Below are positions 21,023 through 31,131 of a stretch of 64,000 nt of DNA, piece after piece. Where the stretch lies: positions 128,001-192,000 of IMG/VR virus record IMGVR_UViG_2061766007_000342, one strand, 5' to 3'. The notes below the pieces were generated by a model that did not search any database, was not told the origin of the DNA, and worked only from the letters and a program-made list of their open reading frames with translations. The translations under genes and the position numbers were made by a program. This DNA comes from a virus. Taxonomy: Duplodnaviria; Caudoviricetes. Numbering within the stretch: position 1 is the first letter of the stretch; each line of letters begins with the position of its first letter.

Positions 21023-23152
21023 ATGAAGAAATATACCAAAGAAGAGATTGAGAAAGTCATTAATGAGTCTCCTGACATGATCAGTGCTTTGGAAGCTGTT
21101 GGTGCAATGTATGGTATTCCATCTACAAACATGATGGCTCAACCCGGATTGAAAACGATTCGGGTTGAGGGAGATACCATTACTGCTCCAGCTGATGCAA
21201 AACCCAATACCAAAGCAATTGTATGTGCAATTGGTGCGGTACTTGATCAGATCTCACAGCGTGTCAATGATAAACTGGATAACTATCAATCGAAAAACAT
21301 CGTCAAGGGACAGATCGATGACAAAGTATCGCAGATGTCAAACCCCAGTAAGGGTAAAGTCATCAGTCATCATACATTGAGTGATGGCTCTGAAATCATC
21401 GTATATGATTCCGGTTTAGTAGATATGCCTCATACGGATGAAGCTCGTATGAAGATTGCTGAATTACGTGCAAATGGTGAAATCCCCGAAGCGAATACAC
21501 GTCCATTCAATGATGCAAAGGAATATGTGAAACCCGGCTACTTCTCTAAGGAAGATGATATTGCATTAACTCCCGAAGAGTTACGTAAGTATTCCTCTAA
21601 TGATCCGACACCGATCGACATTGCTGATGAGATTGATGAATCAGATATGCATTTGGAGATGTGTGCTCGATATGGCGATACGGATCACTTGGGTTATGAT
21701 ATCTTCCAAGAGATGGGATTTGACTTTATTCGTATCACAGAATCATTCGTCAATGAAACTGCTAAAAATAAAAAGAATGAAATCACATCTGCAGATATCA
21801 AGCATATGAAGTTTGATAACAAAGAAATCACCAAAGCAATTCAATGCTTTAATATTGCACGTAATGAGCAAAGCAAGCTTGGTAAGGGTAAGTTTGATAT
21901 CAAACAATTCATCGAACATCCTAAATACAAAGAGGGTGTTCGTCACTTGGAGAACCAGTTTGATTGCCAATTGGCAATCTGGTGGAGACATGATGACGAC
22001 GAGCCGGATTCAAATCAAGCATTTACTGGGATCTATTATGATATGCTTGCACAGAAGCTTACCATTTCTAAGAGTAAGGGCTTCCAGCTTGGTGGACTTC
22101 CCATTCAGATCCATATCATCAACAAAGCAATTGATGAAGAGATGACAAAGAAAGCCAATACAAAGTTATTTGGACAATTTATGTGTGCTACCTTGTGCCA
22201 TGAAATTTTCCATAACATTGCAAATGCATTACGATTGAACAATGGTATGTTTGCATTTACATTGACATCTGCTATGTCTTTAGCAGAAGGAACAGATGAC
22301 ATTAAGAAGAAACGTGCTATCTTCAATCAGTATGCTCTTACATTACAGAAATCTACCAAGGGTCCGATCAATGCATTACAGCGTAAGAAGCTTGTTGATG
22401 ATTTGTGTAAAGCATCTGCAATTGCAACGAACGCAAAAGCATTAAATGAATTACAATCCAGCATTAATACGGATTCAAATGCTGCTTCTGCAGAAATTGA
22501 TCGGTTGATTAATGCGCTTCAGCGTAAATATGATGACAATATTAAGATTCATGAGAAGCTGATGAAGAAGGGTAAAAAATTTAATCCGAAATCATCATCT
22601 GCAATGTTGGTCATTGGAGTAATTCTGACATGTACAATCATCGGTATGCCGATTGGTATTCCAATGATTCTAAACTCCAGTGATCTGGCATATGCTTACA
22701 TGAATAAGTATAACTCATATCTCAAGAATCCTAACAAGGAAGAATACTATTGTGATCTGTTTGCAGCAATGTATAATCTTCCGATTAGTTTCACAATTGG
22801 TGAAAAGAAACGTGAGTATACTGCAAATGATGCACGTTCTGATGCACAACTTCAGAAGCTTGTAACGATCGAATCCAAGGTTTACACATTATTCCAATCT
22901 AAGTATCCGACATTGAGTGAGCGTAATCACACTGCTTATACAACTGCAAAGAATATTCTTGATAGTGGTGTAAAACTCCCCAAGGAGTATAAGGAATATT
23001 GTGATTGGATTGTCAAGAACTATTCTAGGATGGAGAAGACTGATATCGATACCAATTATCGTTCTCAGTCATTTGATCCAAATGAAGCGAAGGATCTTGA
23101 TAAACACTTACAGAATCTGATTGACAATAACAATATTGCTTTAACGAAATAA
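21023..23152 (+). CDS. Virion-associated zincin-like metalloprotease with a hydrophobic segment
   Basis: HEIFH (HExxH), downstream EEYYCDLFA, hydrophobic LVIGVILTCTIIGMPIGIPMIL. Confidence 0.65.
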   Translation: MKKYTKEEIEKVINESPDMISALEAVGAMYGIPSTNMMAQPGLKTIRVEGDTITAPADAKPNTKAIVCAIGAVLDQISQRVNDKLDNYQSKNIVKGQIDDKVSQMSNPSKGKVISHHTLSDGSEIIVYDSGLVDMPHTDEARMKIAELRANGEIPEANTRPFNDAKEYVKPGYFSKEDDIALTPEELRKYSSNDPTPIDIADEIDESDMHLEMCARYGDTDHLGYDIFQEMGFDFIRITESFVNETAKNKKNEITSADIKHMKFDNKEITKAIQCFNIARNEQSKLGKGKFDIKQFIEHPKYKEGVRHLENQFDCQLAIWWRHDDDEPDSNQAFTGIYYDMLAQKLTISKSKGFQLGGLPIQIHIINKAIDEEMTKKANTKLFGQFMCATLCHEIFHNIANALRLNNGMFAFTLTSAMSLAEGTDDIKKKRAIFNQYALTLQKSTKGPINALQRKKLVDDLCKASAIATNAKALNELQSSINTDSNAASAEIDRLINALQRKYDDNIKIHEKLMKKGKKFNPKSSSAMLVIGVILTCTIIGMPIGIPMILNSSDLAYAYMNKYNSYLKNPNKEEYYCDLFAAMYNLPISFTIGEKKREYTANDARSDAQLQKLVTIESKVYTLFQSKYPTLSERNHTAYTTAKNILDSGVKLPKEYKEYCDWIVKNYSRMEKTDIDTNYRSQSFDPNEAKDLDKHLQNLIDNNNIALTK

Positions 23153-23159
23153 CAAAAAA

Positions 23160-23183
23160 GAACCCCCGCATATGCGGGGGTTC
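23160..23183. terminator. Terminator between convergent genes
   Basis: GAACCCCCGC-atat-GCGGGGGTTC with an adjacent A-tract. Confidence 0.8.
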
Positions 23184-23200
23184 CTTGTTAACATTGTTTG

Positions 23201-24016
23201 TTATCTGGTAGCAGCAGTAATCTGGCGTTTCGAAACCGAAACACCGCATTCCTTCATGATAACGCGAGCGATGTCACGTTCTCCCATGTTCTTGGCATAA
23301 CGGACGATCGCATAAACATCCTTGCTGTCAGGATTACGACGAGACTTCTTCACATTGAAGATCTGGTACATGGTGATGTCATCGATCTTCATCTGCAGTA
23401 CATTGTGAGTCTTAGCGATATCGTCCTTGCATGCACGTAACGTGGTATCGATAATGCACTTTAACTGTGCATCATAGTTCATTGCTTCCCAATCTACATC
23501 GGAGACATGAACCGGCTTCGGAAGCACACCGTCATAGGAGATAGAAACAGTAGCATTGGATTCTTTGTTGACAGAATCATTGAAAGCCTGGAGATCCGCC
23601 TCACTGAACTCACTATCTTCGGATACAACTACTGTCGGATCAACTAACGGAAGCTGCTCCTCCTTAACTGTTGCAGCTTTGGACGATTCATTCTTGTTCT
23701 TAGTCTTTTCAACAACAGGTTTCTCAACCGTCTTCGGCTTGGGAGTGACAATCTCAAACTTCTTCTCCATAACCGGAAGAGACTCGTTTGTGGGAGTCAC
23801 TCTGATGGGAGTATCACGTACATCTAACATACGGCACACCTTATTGAACTTGGGTGCAGAATCAGGATCCAACACCTCAAGTACAATACGGATCTTGTCC
23901 GTTGTCAGGCAGCTGTCGGTCAGCTGCTTTGAGAATTCTTCGACCATGGAATCGATCATATCGACCGTATCCATAATCTTTCCTACATGTTCGATACTTT
24001 CTTGCATCTTGTTCAT
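23201..24016 (-). CDS. Early hypothetical protein, paralog of 24040..25266
   Basis: Shares VLxVLDPD and ITxxxxFNVK modules with the neighbour; AGGAGG RBS. Confidence 0.75.
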   Translation of the reverse strand: MNKMQESIEHVGKIMDTVDMIDSMVEEFSKQLTDSCLTTDKIRIVLEVLDPDSAPKFNKVCRMLDVRDTPIRVTPTNESLPVMEKKFEIVTPKPKTVEKPVVEKTKNKNESSKAATVKEEQLPLVDPTVVVSEDSEFSEADLQAFNDSVNKESNATVSISYDGVLPKPVHVSDVDWEAMNYDAQLKCIIDTTLRACKDDIAKTHNVLQMKIDDITMYQIFNVKKSRRNPDSKDVYAIVRYAKNMGERDIARVIMKECGVSVSKRQITAATR

Positions 24017-24039
24017 TGTAATGAACCTCCTTCATATAT

Positions 24040-25266
24040 TTAAGAGACTGCAGTATTTGCCTGCAGTCTCTTATAATCATCATAGTCCTGATTGTACTGG
24101 ATGATCTCCTCACGAGTGATGGTAACACCAAGCTCCTTATTGAGAATATCCATAATCTCGGACGGCTTTACAATACCAGCAGAACGCTGGAGATTGACAC
24201 AAATAACACGGACGTCATTGTCAGTTACTGTTGCAATCTTCCGCTTTACCTTGAAACAATCCAAGATTGTAACAGGATATGGTGTCGCACGGAAGTGCAG
24301 AAATGTCTGTAACGTGTGTAGTTCCAAACGCTTCAAGACGTGAGCGATCTTGTCATCATCATCCGACATATCGGAAGGACGACGTACAACCGGTGAACCA
24401 CCTTCACGTGCAACACAACCATTCTTCCGTGCAAGCTTCCGAATGACATGGAACTGTGTTGCATCAATGATGATGTCACATTTGTCTCTCATGACACGAG
24501 AGATTGCTGGAATGTCATAGTTGTATGTCGGAGCGATCGAACGAACAACAACGGAAATGTCGTCCGTCTTGATGGGCTGACGCCGTGCTTCGGCATCATA
24601 CTTAACGTTGAACACATCAAAGATGGTTATGTCATGATTCTTTGCATTGACAACATCAAATGCACGACGGATGGAACCACGCTCGGAATCCAGTGTTCCC
24701 TTGATATATGCTGTTACATCAGCAGAAGGCATAACGATTCCAAGAATCGGTACATCTTCTTCTTTCTCTACTTCGGTTGTCTTTGTGACAGCACCTTCAA
24801 CGAGAATGAACTCACGTCCATCCTTGGTGAAGTAATTATCCGTAATATCAGTCCACTTGGACTTGTTGCGGATATTCGACAGCACATACTTGGTTACCTT
24901 GATACCATTAGCAGCACAATAATCCAATGTAGACTGGTAACCAAATCCACATTCTATCATTGCCCTACAGATGGCATCGATGTCATAAGTGTCGGCTACT
25001 GTTGTTTGCTGGATCCCATTGTCTTCGTTAGGTGTTGCTTCAACTGATGTAATGGTAGGGATATTGATTTCTGTGATGATTGATGTAACAGGCATCATCA
25101 GATTCGCGATGTTGTCCATTTTCGTAACAACATCAGGATCCAATACACTCAGTACGGATCTGACATCGTTGACGGTGATATCATTACCGTCTAACTCGGA
25201 AATAGCTTCGGTCATGTCATTGACCACCTGAGAGAAACGAGAGATTACTTCAAACTTTGCATTCAT
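24040..25266 (-). CDS. Early hypothetical protein with repeated helical (possibly HTH-like) modules
   Basis: 408 aa from ATG 25266 (AAGGAGG RBS); ITIFDVFNVK and VTILDCFKVK repeats. Confidence 0.75.
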   Translation of the reverse strand: MNAKFEVISRFSQVVNDMTEAISELDGNDITVNDVRSVLSVLDPDVVTKMDNIANLMMPVTSIITEINIPTITSVEATPNEDNGIQQTTVADTYDIDAICRAMIECGFGYQSTLDYCAANGIKVTKYVLSNIRNKSKWTDITDNYFTKDGREFILVEGAVTKTTEVEKEEDVPILGIVMPSADVTAYIKGTLDSERGSIRRAFDVVNAKNHDITIFDVFNVKYDAEARRQPIKTDDISVVVRSIAPTYNYDIPAISRVMRDKCDIIIDATQFHVIRKLARKNGCVAREGGSPVVRRPSDMSDDDDKIAHVLKRLELHTLQTFLHFRATPYPVTILDCFKVKRKIATVTDNDVRVICVNLQRSAGIVKPSEIMDILNKELGVTITREEIIQYNQDYDDYKRLQANTAVS

Positions 25267-25410
25267 TGCAAATTCCTCCTTAAGATGTTTTGATTTTGTT
25301 AAATAAACATTGATTATAAAACAGCCACACTGAGTGAATACACGATTGATGTATTGGTACTGCATCAATCTTGGTCGGGTTTCGGATGAGTTTCAATTAA
25401 TCAAATGCGA

Positions 25411-25464
25411 TTATTCACAAATGATGATACTACCATTAGTATCGGGGATGTAGATTTCTCCCAT
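25411..25464 (-). CDS. Leader mini-ORF (17 aa)
   Basis: GGAGGTG RBS followed by MGEIYIPDTNGSIIICE*. Confidence 0.5.
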   Translation of the reverse strand: MGEIYIPDTNGSIIICE

Positions 25465-25515
25465 GAGTTATCACCTCCAATGTAATATTTGCATTTTCAA
25501 CTTGGTGTGGTTGTT

Positions 25516-25530
25516 CATATTAATTATATA
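25516..25530 (-). promoter_or_regulatory. Early-type promoter motif
   Basis: TATATAATTAATATG, identical to 50819..50833. Confidence 0.65.
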
Positions 25531-25575
25531 AATACATAAAGATGAAATCCCCCAAACATGGGGGATTCATAATTT

Positions 25576-25590
25576 GACGTTTCTTTAACT
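25576..25590 (+). promoter_or_regulatory. Late-type promoter motif
   Basis: GACG-TTTCTT-TAACT. Confidence 0.55.
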
Positions 25591-25616
25591 TTTAATCCAT
25601 AAAGGAGTGATTCATA

Positions 25617-27563
25617 ATGGCTGAACAACAACAGACATCAAACACTGCAATGATTAAAACTGCAGTTGATCGTATTTTACAAACTGACGCAGATAAGTTG
25701 ACAAAGACTTTCTTGGAGGAAATGTTTGCAGGTTATCATGATAGGGAAACGGGACGTTTCATGCCACCAAACTTCAAACCCACAATGAAGTTCACATTAA
25801 CCAAAGACATGTATCCATATGTCAAAGAACCCACAGAAACGACACTTGGTAAGTTAATCATGAATCGTTATTTGTTGGAACGAACTGGTGCAATCAAGTT
25901 CATTGGTTATTGGAATAAACCAATTAACAAGAAAGCATTGGAAGCATTGAACACCGAAATCAATAATCTCGTTGTAAATGATCAATTGACAACGACCGAT
26001 CTGTGTAATTATATTGACTCACGTGATCGATTGGGATTTTGGTGTGCTGCATTCTTATCAGTATCTATTACACCTGCATTATTGGCTCCTATGGATAATG
26101 TCAATAAACGTAAAGCAGAATTGTTTAAACAATATAAAGCAGAATTGACATCCGACAATCCCGTTATACAAGTTATGACAACTAACAAGATTGAGAAAGA
26201 GCTCATGGGGATTGTTCGTGAGAACTTATCACATGATACCGGTTATGATTTGTATGCCTCCGGAGATGGTAATTTGGACAATAACTACAAAACCATCAAT
26301 GTCATGCGTGGTGCTGTATATAATAACATCTCCAAGAAGTATTCCGTTGTTGACCACTCACTGATGCAAGGTATTACCAAATATGATATTCCCGCATTTG
26401 CAAACTCCGTTGTTGCTGCAGCATATCCTTCTGCAGTTGGTACTGCTGATGCAGGTTATACGTCCAAGATTATCATGGCATTATTACAGTCGGAAAGTAT
26501 TAATCCAAATCCAGAATCCGATTGTGGAACAGAATCCACGATTCCGGTTATGGTTACAAAGCGCAATAAACAATACCTCATATTCCGTTATATCAAAGAA
26601 GGAAAGAATAAGAAGTTAACGACATTACACAACATCGATGATTATGTTGGTAAAGTCATTAATCTGTATTCACCACAGTGTTGTTGTAATGATCCAATCT
26701 GTGGTAAGTGCGCTGGACGTGTATTCTATAATCTGGGTGTAACTCGTATTGGTCTGTTGAGTTCTCAGATTACACAGAAGATGTTGAATATTAAACTGAA
26801 ATCAAAGCATGACTTGTCACAGAATGCAGGTATTGTTCCTCACGAGATGACATTCTTGGATGCATCTAAATTGTATGAAGTAACACCTGATGGTTATTTA
26901 AAAACAAATGCGAATTTGAAGCTGTTTATTCCCAAGATGACAGAGGAAATGTTCAATAACTATGAACGTGAAGCAACATCCGTATCAACGTTTGGTGTTA
27001 TGCCTGCAAAGTTCTATGATAAGAATGGTAATGTTGTACAATCTACATTATTGATTATTCCTGCTCAAGTGGATCTGAAGTTGTATGAAGAACCACAAGA
27101 GACGCAAGATAACATTATCATCTCATATGAACCTGGAGCAATTGTTACATCATTGAGTATGCAGAAGAATATCAAGAATGTTGAATACTTCATCAACAAC
27201 ATTTACTTGAATTCCAAAGTACCGTTAATTCCGTATAAGCTGATGACAGATATGATGTTCCGTTGTTTGGAATTAAATGGTATGGACTTGACTGGTCCGT
27301 CTATTACATATGAACTGTTGGCACGACGTGTATGCAGAATCGGTGATACCAATAAACCATTTGCATATGCATATGGTAAACAACCTGGTATCGATCAGAT
27401 GTCTTATACGAAACTGGCATTCCGTGAAGCTGTACAACGTGCTGGTGTACTTCAAGGTGTACTATTCCAAGATATTTCTAATTCCATGAACATCGGTTTG
27501 GCACAAACGTTGAATGGTGAACAACCAACGTTTACACCACTGGAGGAATTGATCCGAGTATAA
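25617..27563 (+). CDS. RNA polymerase beta' C-terminal subunit (probably virion RNAP)
   Basis: TTLGK, bridge helix TADAGY, DCGT, YSPQCC..ICGKCAG Zn site, trigger-loop-like LKSKH; late-type promoter. Confidence 0.88.
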   Translation: MAEQQQTSNTAMIKTAVDRILQTDADKLTKTFLEEMFAGYHDRETGRFMPPNFKPTMKFTLTKDMYPYVKEPTETTLGKLIMNRYLLERTGAIKFIGYWNKPINKKALEALNTEINNLVVNDQLTTTDLCNYIDSRDRLGFWCAAFLSVSITPALLAPMDNVNKRKAELFKQYKAELTSDNPVIQVMTTNKIEKELMGIVRENLSHDTGYDLYASGDGNLDNNYKTINVMRGAVYNNISKKYSVVDHSLMQGITKYDIPAFANSVVAAAYPSAVGTADAGYTSKIIMALLQSESINPNPESDCGTESTIPVMVTKRNKQYLIFRYIKEGKNKKLTTLHNIDDYVGKVINLYSPQCCCNDPICGKCAGRVFYNLGVTRIGLLSSQITQKMLNIKLKSKHDLSQNAGIVPHEMTFLDASKLYEVTPDGYLKTNANLKLFIPKMTEEMFNNYEREATSVSTFGVMPAKFYDKNGNVVQSTLLIIPAQVDLKLYEEPQETQDNIIISYEPGAIVTSLSMQKNIKNVEYFINNIYLNSKVPLIPYKLMTDMMFRCLELNGMDLTGPSITYELLARRVCRIGDTNKPFAYAYGKQPGIDQMSYTKLAFREAVQRAGVLQGVLFQDISNSMNIGLAQTLNGEQPTFTPLEELIRV

Positions 27564-27571
27564 AAAATAAC

Positions 27572-27594
27572 ACCCGCCCCGTGATGGGGCGGGT
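27572..27594. terminator. Terminator between convergent genes
   Basis: ACCCGCCCC-gtgat-GGGGCGGGT. Confidence 0.75.
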
Positions 27595-27603
27595 ATCAAT
27601 GAA

Positions 27604-28626
27604 TCAATAAATCTCCGTACAATTATCAAACAGATTTTTCGTTATTGTACCTGCCGAAGCGTGGACGTGTCCACCACAAAGTCCAAGATCATTGAAATAT
27701 TGTTTAACCAATTTTTCACAATCTGCTCCACCCTCTCGAGAATAGAAAGTGTAACGCCATTCATTCGGTTTTGTCTGGGAGAACTTGCAAACGAAGTCAT
27801 ACTTCTCGAATGCTTCACCAAACAGTCGAGAATTACCCGTCGGACAATTAACGGCAATGCCATGATAATCACCAATGGTAACTTCAAACGCATTGTACAT
27901 AACGGACTTGTACATGTTCTCCTGATACTTGTAAATCAGTTCACCCTGATCGATAATGTCATATGCACGTCTGGGTCCTTCGTATAACAGTTCATTCCAG
28001 AATTCCATGTTCAGTGGATGACGTGTATCTTTATCCTGGATAGTCCATGCTGATGCAAAGAACTTACTCTCTGGAAGAGAGTGTCTCCAAACATCATTAT
28101 CATCGATCATTCGGATTGCTAACGGAATACCAACAACACGAATGTTATCCGTATCCGGATAGAATGCAACCTGTCCAAGATCTGGTGACAGATCAAATGG
28201 AACATTCATGGGATCCTGTCGTTCTTCATCATTCATGCATGCATAAACCCATGTCAGCATACAACCTGAATACTGAGTTGTGAAGAATCTGACAACATGT
28301 TCATCAAACATTGCTTTATCTTCGGTAGATAATGCTTGATAGAACTTATCACCTGAAATGTGATGATCAATATGAACAATCTTCATACCTGCAGTAATTG
28401 CTTTCTTGATGGTATCAAAGATTGTCTGATCAAGTGCCAAGTCAACAATATACAAAGTATCATTCTCTTTAAAGAATGTCTCTTCATCTTTAATGTTGAC
28501 AATACCATTATGATTATACTCGATGAAGTGATCTGATGTAACAGTGTCAAACACGGAGCGAAGCTCCGTGTTGACGATTGCTGCTGCACCATATCCATCT
28601 GCATCGAAATGATGAATACAACGCAT
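27604..28626 (-). CDS. DHH-family phosphoesterase
   Basis: HHFDADG, IVDL, HIDHH, DNDVW, C-terminal GGH..AS. Confidence 0.9.
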   Translation of the reverse strand: MRCIHHFDADGYGAAAIVNTELRSVFDTVTSDHFIEYNHNGIVNIKDEETFFKENDTLYIVDLALDQTIFDTIKKAITAGMKIVHIDHHISGDKFYQALSTEDKAMFDEHVVRFFTTQYSGCMLTWVYACMNDEERQDPMNVPFDLSPDLGQVAFYPDTDNIRVVGIPLAIRMIDDNDVWRHSLPESKFFASAWTIQDKDTRHPLNMEFWNELLYEGPRRAYDIIDQGELIYKYQENMYKSVMYNAFEVTIGDYHGIAVNCPTGNSRLFGEAFEKYDFVCKFSQTKPNEWRYTFYSREGGADCEKLVKQYFNDLGLCGGHVHASAGTITKNLFDNCTEIY

Positions 28627-28628
28627 AA

Positions 28629-29246
28629 TTATTCCTCCTGTGTTGGCGCAGTTGTTTCTTCAACAACCGGAAGCGGATTCTGTTCGGTTTCTGTATTGAT
28701 TGCGTCCATGATATCATTGAAGCTGCCGGTGATATCCATGTCCGTACCATTACGCATGATATCATCCAGAATCGATGATGTATCAATTGAAGTTGCCTTT
28801 TCAATACGAGCATGTGCAATGATGGAAGTTGCAATGAAGATTGCATCTACACACATCATGATGGCACGCTCATAATCAGTTGCATCTGCACGAATGGTAT
28901 AGTCAAGCTTCGGCAGTCCCAGATTCTCCAAGAAGCTGTGTGCATTCTCGAGAACGGATGCAACCGCATTGTCACGTGCACCCTTGGTCTCATCGGAATC
29001 ATATGACATATGCATGATATCATATACCATCGACTTGAGTGTTACGACATTCTGTTCCAGCTCGGGGATATGGTTGTAAATATCATCCCAATCCATAGCC
29101 ATGATGTCAATGGATACGCCGGTACCAACCAACAGATCAATGTCCAGTGTCGGAGACTGTTCGTCCTCATCAACATTGTTCATCATTGATGCATCGTTGA
29201 TATTAACCTCTTCCTTTACTGCTGTGGTCATGTTCTGCTCGTCCAT
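28629..29246 (-). CDS. Acidic hypothetical protein
   Basis: 205 aa, GGAGG RBS. Confidence 0.75.
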   Translation of the reverse strand: MDEQNMTTAVKEEVNINDASMMNNVDEDEQSPTLDIDLLVGTGVSIDIMAMDWDDIYNHIPELEQNVVTLKSMVYDIMHMSYDSDETKGARDNAVASVLENAHSFLENLGLPKLDYTIRADATDYERAIMMCVDAIFIATSIIAHARIEKATSIDTSSILDDIMRNGTDMDITGSFNDIMDAINTETEQNPLPVVEETTAPTQEE

Positions 29247-29263
29247 GTTTGAAAACCTCCATT

Positions 29264-29473
29264 TTAAATATTTGATTCTTTGAACGTTACGGGATCGATG
29301 TATGTTACCTTAATCCCGAGACGTTTCATGACTTCAATAATCCGACTTTTGATTGTCGGTTTGGGAATTTTTTGTTCAAGAACTTTACGTTGAACAATTG
29401 TTCCACCATCAATCTTGATCTCTTGGTTATGTGCACCGAGGATCTTCATGTATTCTTCATCATACTTGCTCAT
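29264..29473 (-). CDS. Small hypothetical protein
   Basis: 69 aa, GGGGTG RBS, first gene of the operon. Confidence 0.65.
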   Translation of the reverse strand: MSKYDEEYMKILGAHNQEIKIDGGTIVQRKVLEQKIPKPTIKSRIIEVMKRLGIKVTYIDPVTFKESNI

Positions 29474-29491
29474 GATCTCACCCCCATAATA

Positions 29492-29506
29492 AACAGTGGA
29501 TTAATC
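29492..29506 (+). promoter_or_regulatory. Late-type promoter motif
   Basis: AACA-GTGGAT-TAATC, matching the AACA-N6-TA consensus of AR9 late promoters. Confidence 0.6.
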
Positions 29507-29535
29507 TATTGGTTTTAAACCAGAACAGGAGCGCG

Positions 29536-29970
29536 ATGTTTATGTTAGAATTCTCTATTGCAACCATATCCATTTTTGTTGGTGTGTTAAACGAACTTGT
29601 GAAATGGATCTCACACAAGTGCTTTAACTATGACATCAAGAAGTACATCCCAATCTTTAGTATTGGATTTGGATTGATTCTCGGTATCGCTTGTTATTTC
29701 ACACCAAACATTGATATGGGTAAAAATTTGTTAGAAGCAATCTTCATTGGTATTGCTTCTGGTGGTAATGCTGTTGGTTTCCATCAGGTTTACAAACAGC
29801 TTACCAAGTCTAATGGTATCATCGAAAATGTTACATCTGATAATGATGATGATGATGAAACAACAAACGATGATACTGATATCGACATTCCAGTTGATGA
29901 AACTGAAGTTGTTGAAGAAGTCGCTGATGTTGAAGAAGATACATCAAACGATTATGCCGAAGACGAGTGA
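29536..29970 (+). CDS. Holin with acidic C-terminal tail
   Basis: Three hydrophobic segments, KKYIP...GIASG..AVGFHQVYKQ pattern of Gram-positive phage holins; start at 29536 or 29542. Confidence 0.8.
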   Translation: MFMLEFSIATISIFVGVLNELVKWISHKCFNYDIKKYIPIFSIGFGLILGIACYFTPNIDMGKNLLEAIFIGIASGGNAVGFHQVYKQLTKSNGIIENVTSDNDDDDETTNDDTDIDIPVDETEVVEEVADVEEDTSNDYAEDE

Positions 29971-29978
29971 TGAAAAGG

Positions 29979-30002
29979 TGGTGGGGGAGTAATCCCCCAC
30001 CA
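29979..30002. terminator. GC hairpin between convergent genes
   Basis: TGGTGGGGGA-gtaa-TCCCCCACCA. Confidence 0.65.
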
Positions 30003-30010
30003 AATCATCA

Positions 30011-30241
30011 TTATTCTTTGTTGACAACTAATTGACCGTTCTCAATGACACAATAGTCCGGAGCGAGAATGTCATCTCGACCAAACTCGTCCGACAGCTT
30101 CTCTAAGAAATTCCAATGGAAGTAGTTCCTAAAGATTTGTCGTTGTGTACGTGTGATCTTTACTTCACGTCCGGTAGTGTCATATACGGATACGTGATTA
30201 TCGTTGATAATGATTTTCTCAATTTGTTGATTCTTCTTCAC
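30011..30241 (-). CDS. Small hypothetical protein
   Basis: 76 aa, GTG start, AAGGGA RBS. Confidence 0.6.
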   Translation of the reverse strand: MKKNQQIEKIIINDNHVSVYDTTGREVKITRTQRQIFRNYFHWNFLEKLSDEFGRDDILAPDYCVIENGQLVVNKE

Positions 30242-30270
30242 AGCTAAACTTCTTCCCTTCGTATTAAATT

Positions 30271-31131
30271 TTAATTATTTACTAAATATGCATCCAAGTA
30301 ACTTGGGAGTGCATAACATTCCGAAACGGAATTACAGAAGACATCGATGCGTCCAGATTTGCATCCACAATCTTCCAATGTATAAGTCCCCAATCCGTCG
30401 ATACGGATCTGGTCTCCATACTTCAGTCCAAGATTATTCATCTGGGACTTGTTCATTGCAATGGTACGGCCAGATTGAGGCCATGTGCCAGATGCTGTCT
30501 TACAACCAGTTGCAACATAACCAGTGATACGGAAATTACCAAGATATGTTTCATCATCATTTACCGTTGTCGTTGTTGTTTCCGTCGTAGTTGTTTCCGG
30601 CTCTGTCGTTGTTGTGGTTGTTGTCGTGGTTGTTGTCGTTTCCGTCGTGGTTGTAGTTTCAGTTGTTGTTGTAGTTGTTGTTTCGGTTGATGTAATCACA
30701 ACTGTTTCTGCAATAATCGGTTCATCAACAACCAAAGCTTCTGCTTGCTGAATAATCGGATGATTCTCAACAAGCTGTACAACCGGCTGTGTGGTACTTT
30801 CGGCGATAACGATGTATGTTTCGCCATTGGATACAATTGTCTCAATTTCACGAGACGTTGTCACACCAGTTGTCGTTGTGATATCAGTCGTTGAAGTATT
30901 ATCCGTTGTCATAGATGTAACATCGGTTGATGTTGACATCACTGTGGTGGTTGATACATTTGCTGTATCATCAGTGATAACAACAAGGTTTTCTTCAACT
31001 TCTGCTTCCACTGCAGTACGGTTCAGTCTTGACACAATACCAACCGCAATTGCAATGATGGCAACAATCGCAATTGTTGCAATGACATAAATCCTAACGT
31101 GGTTTTTCTCTTCATTAAACATTTTACTCAA
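30271..31131 (-). CDS. Membrane-anchored 3D-domain (MltA-like) cell-wall protein with Thr-rich stalk
   Basis: N-terminal TM helix, poly-Thr linker, ITGY...TASG...TIA...GTYTLEDCG...RIDVF. Confidence 0.85.
   Translation of the reverse strand: MSKMFNEEKNHVRIYVIATIAIVAIIAIAVGIVSRLNRTAVEAEVEENLVVITDDTANVSTTTVMSTSTDVTSMTTDNTSTTDITTTTGVTTSREIETIVSNGETYIVIAESTTQPVVQLVENHPIIQQAEALVVDEPIIAETVVITSTETTTTTTTETTTTTETTTTTTTTTTTTEPETTTTETTTTTVNDDETYLGNFRITGYVATGCKTASGTWPQSGRTIAMNKSQMNNLGLKYGDQIRIDGLGTYTLEDCGCKSGRIDVFCNSVSECYALPSYLDAYLVNN

Noticed and set aside
29536-29544. Holin/antiholin dual-start motif (M-F-M)
   Set aside because: No charged residue between the two starts, and the first ATG is poorly spaced from the RBS
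30560-30690. Tandem GTT/GTC repeats as a CRISPR or non-coding array
   Set aside because: They are the codons of a poly-Thr linker; no repeat-spacer structure
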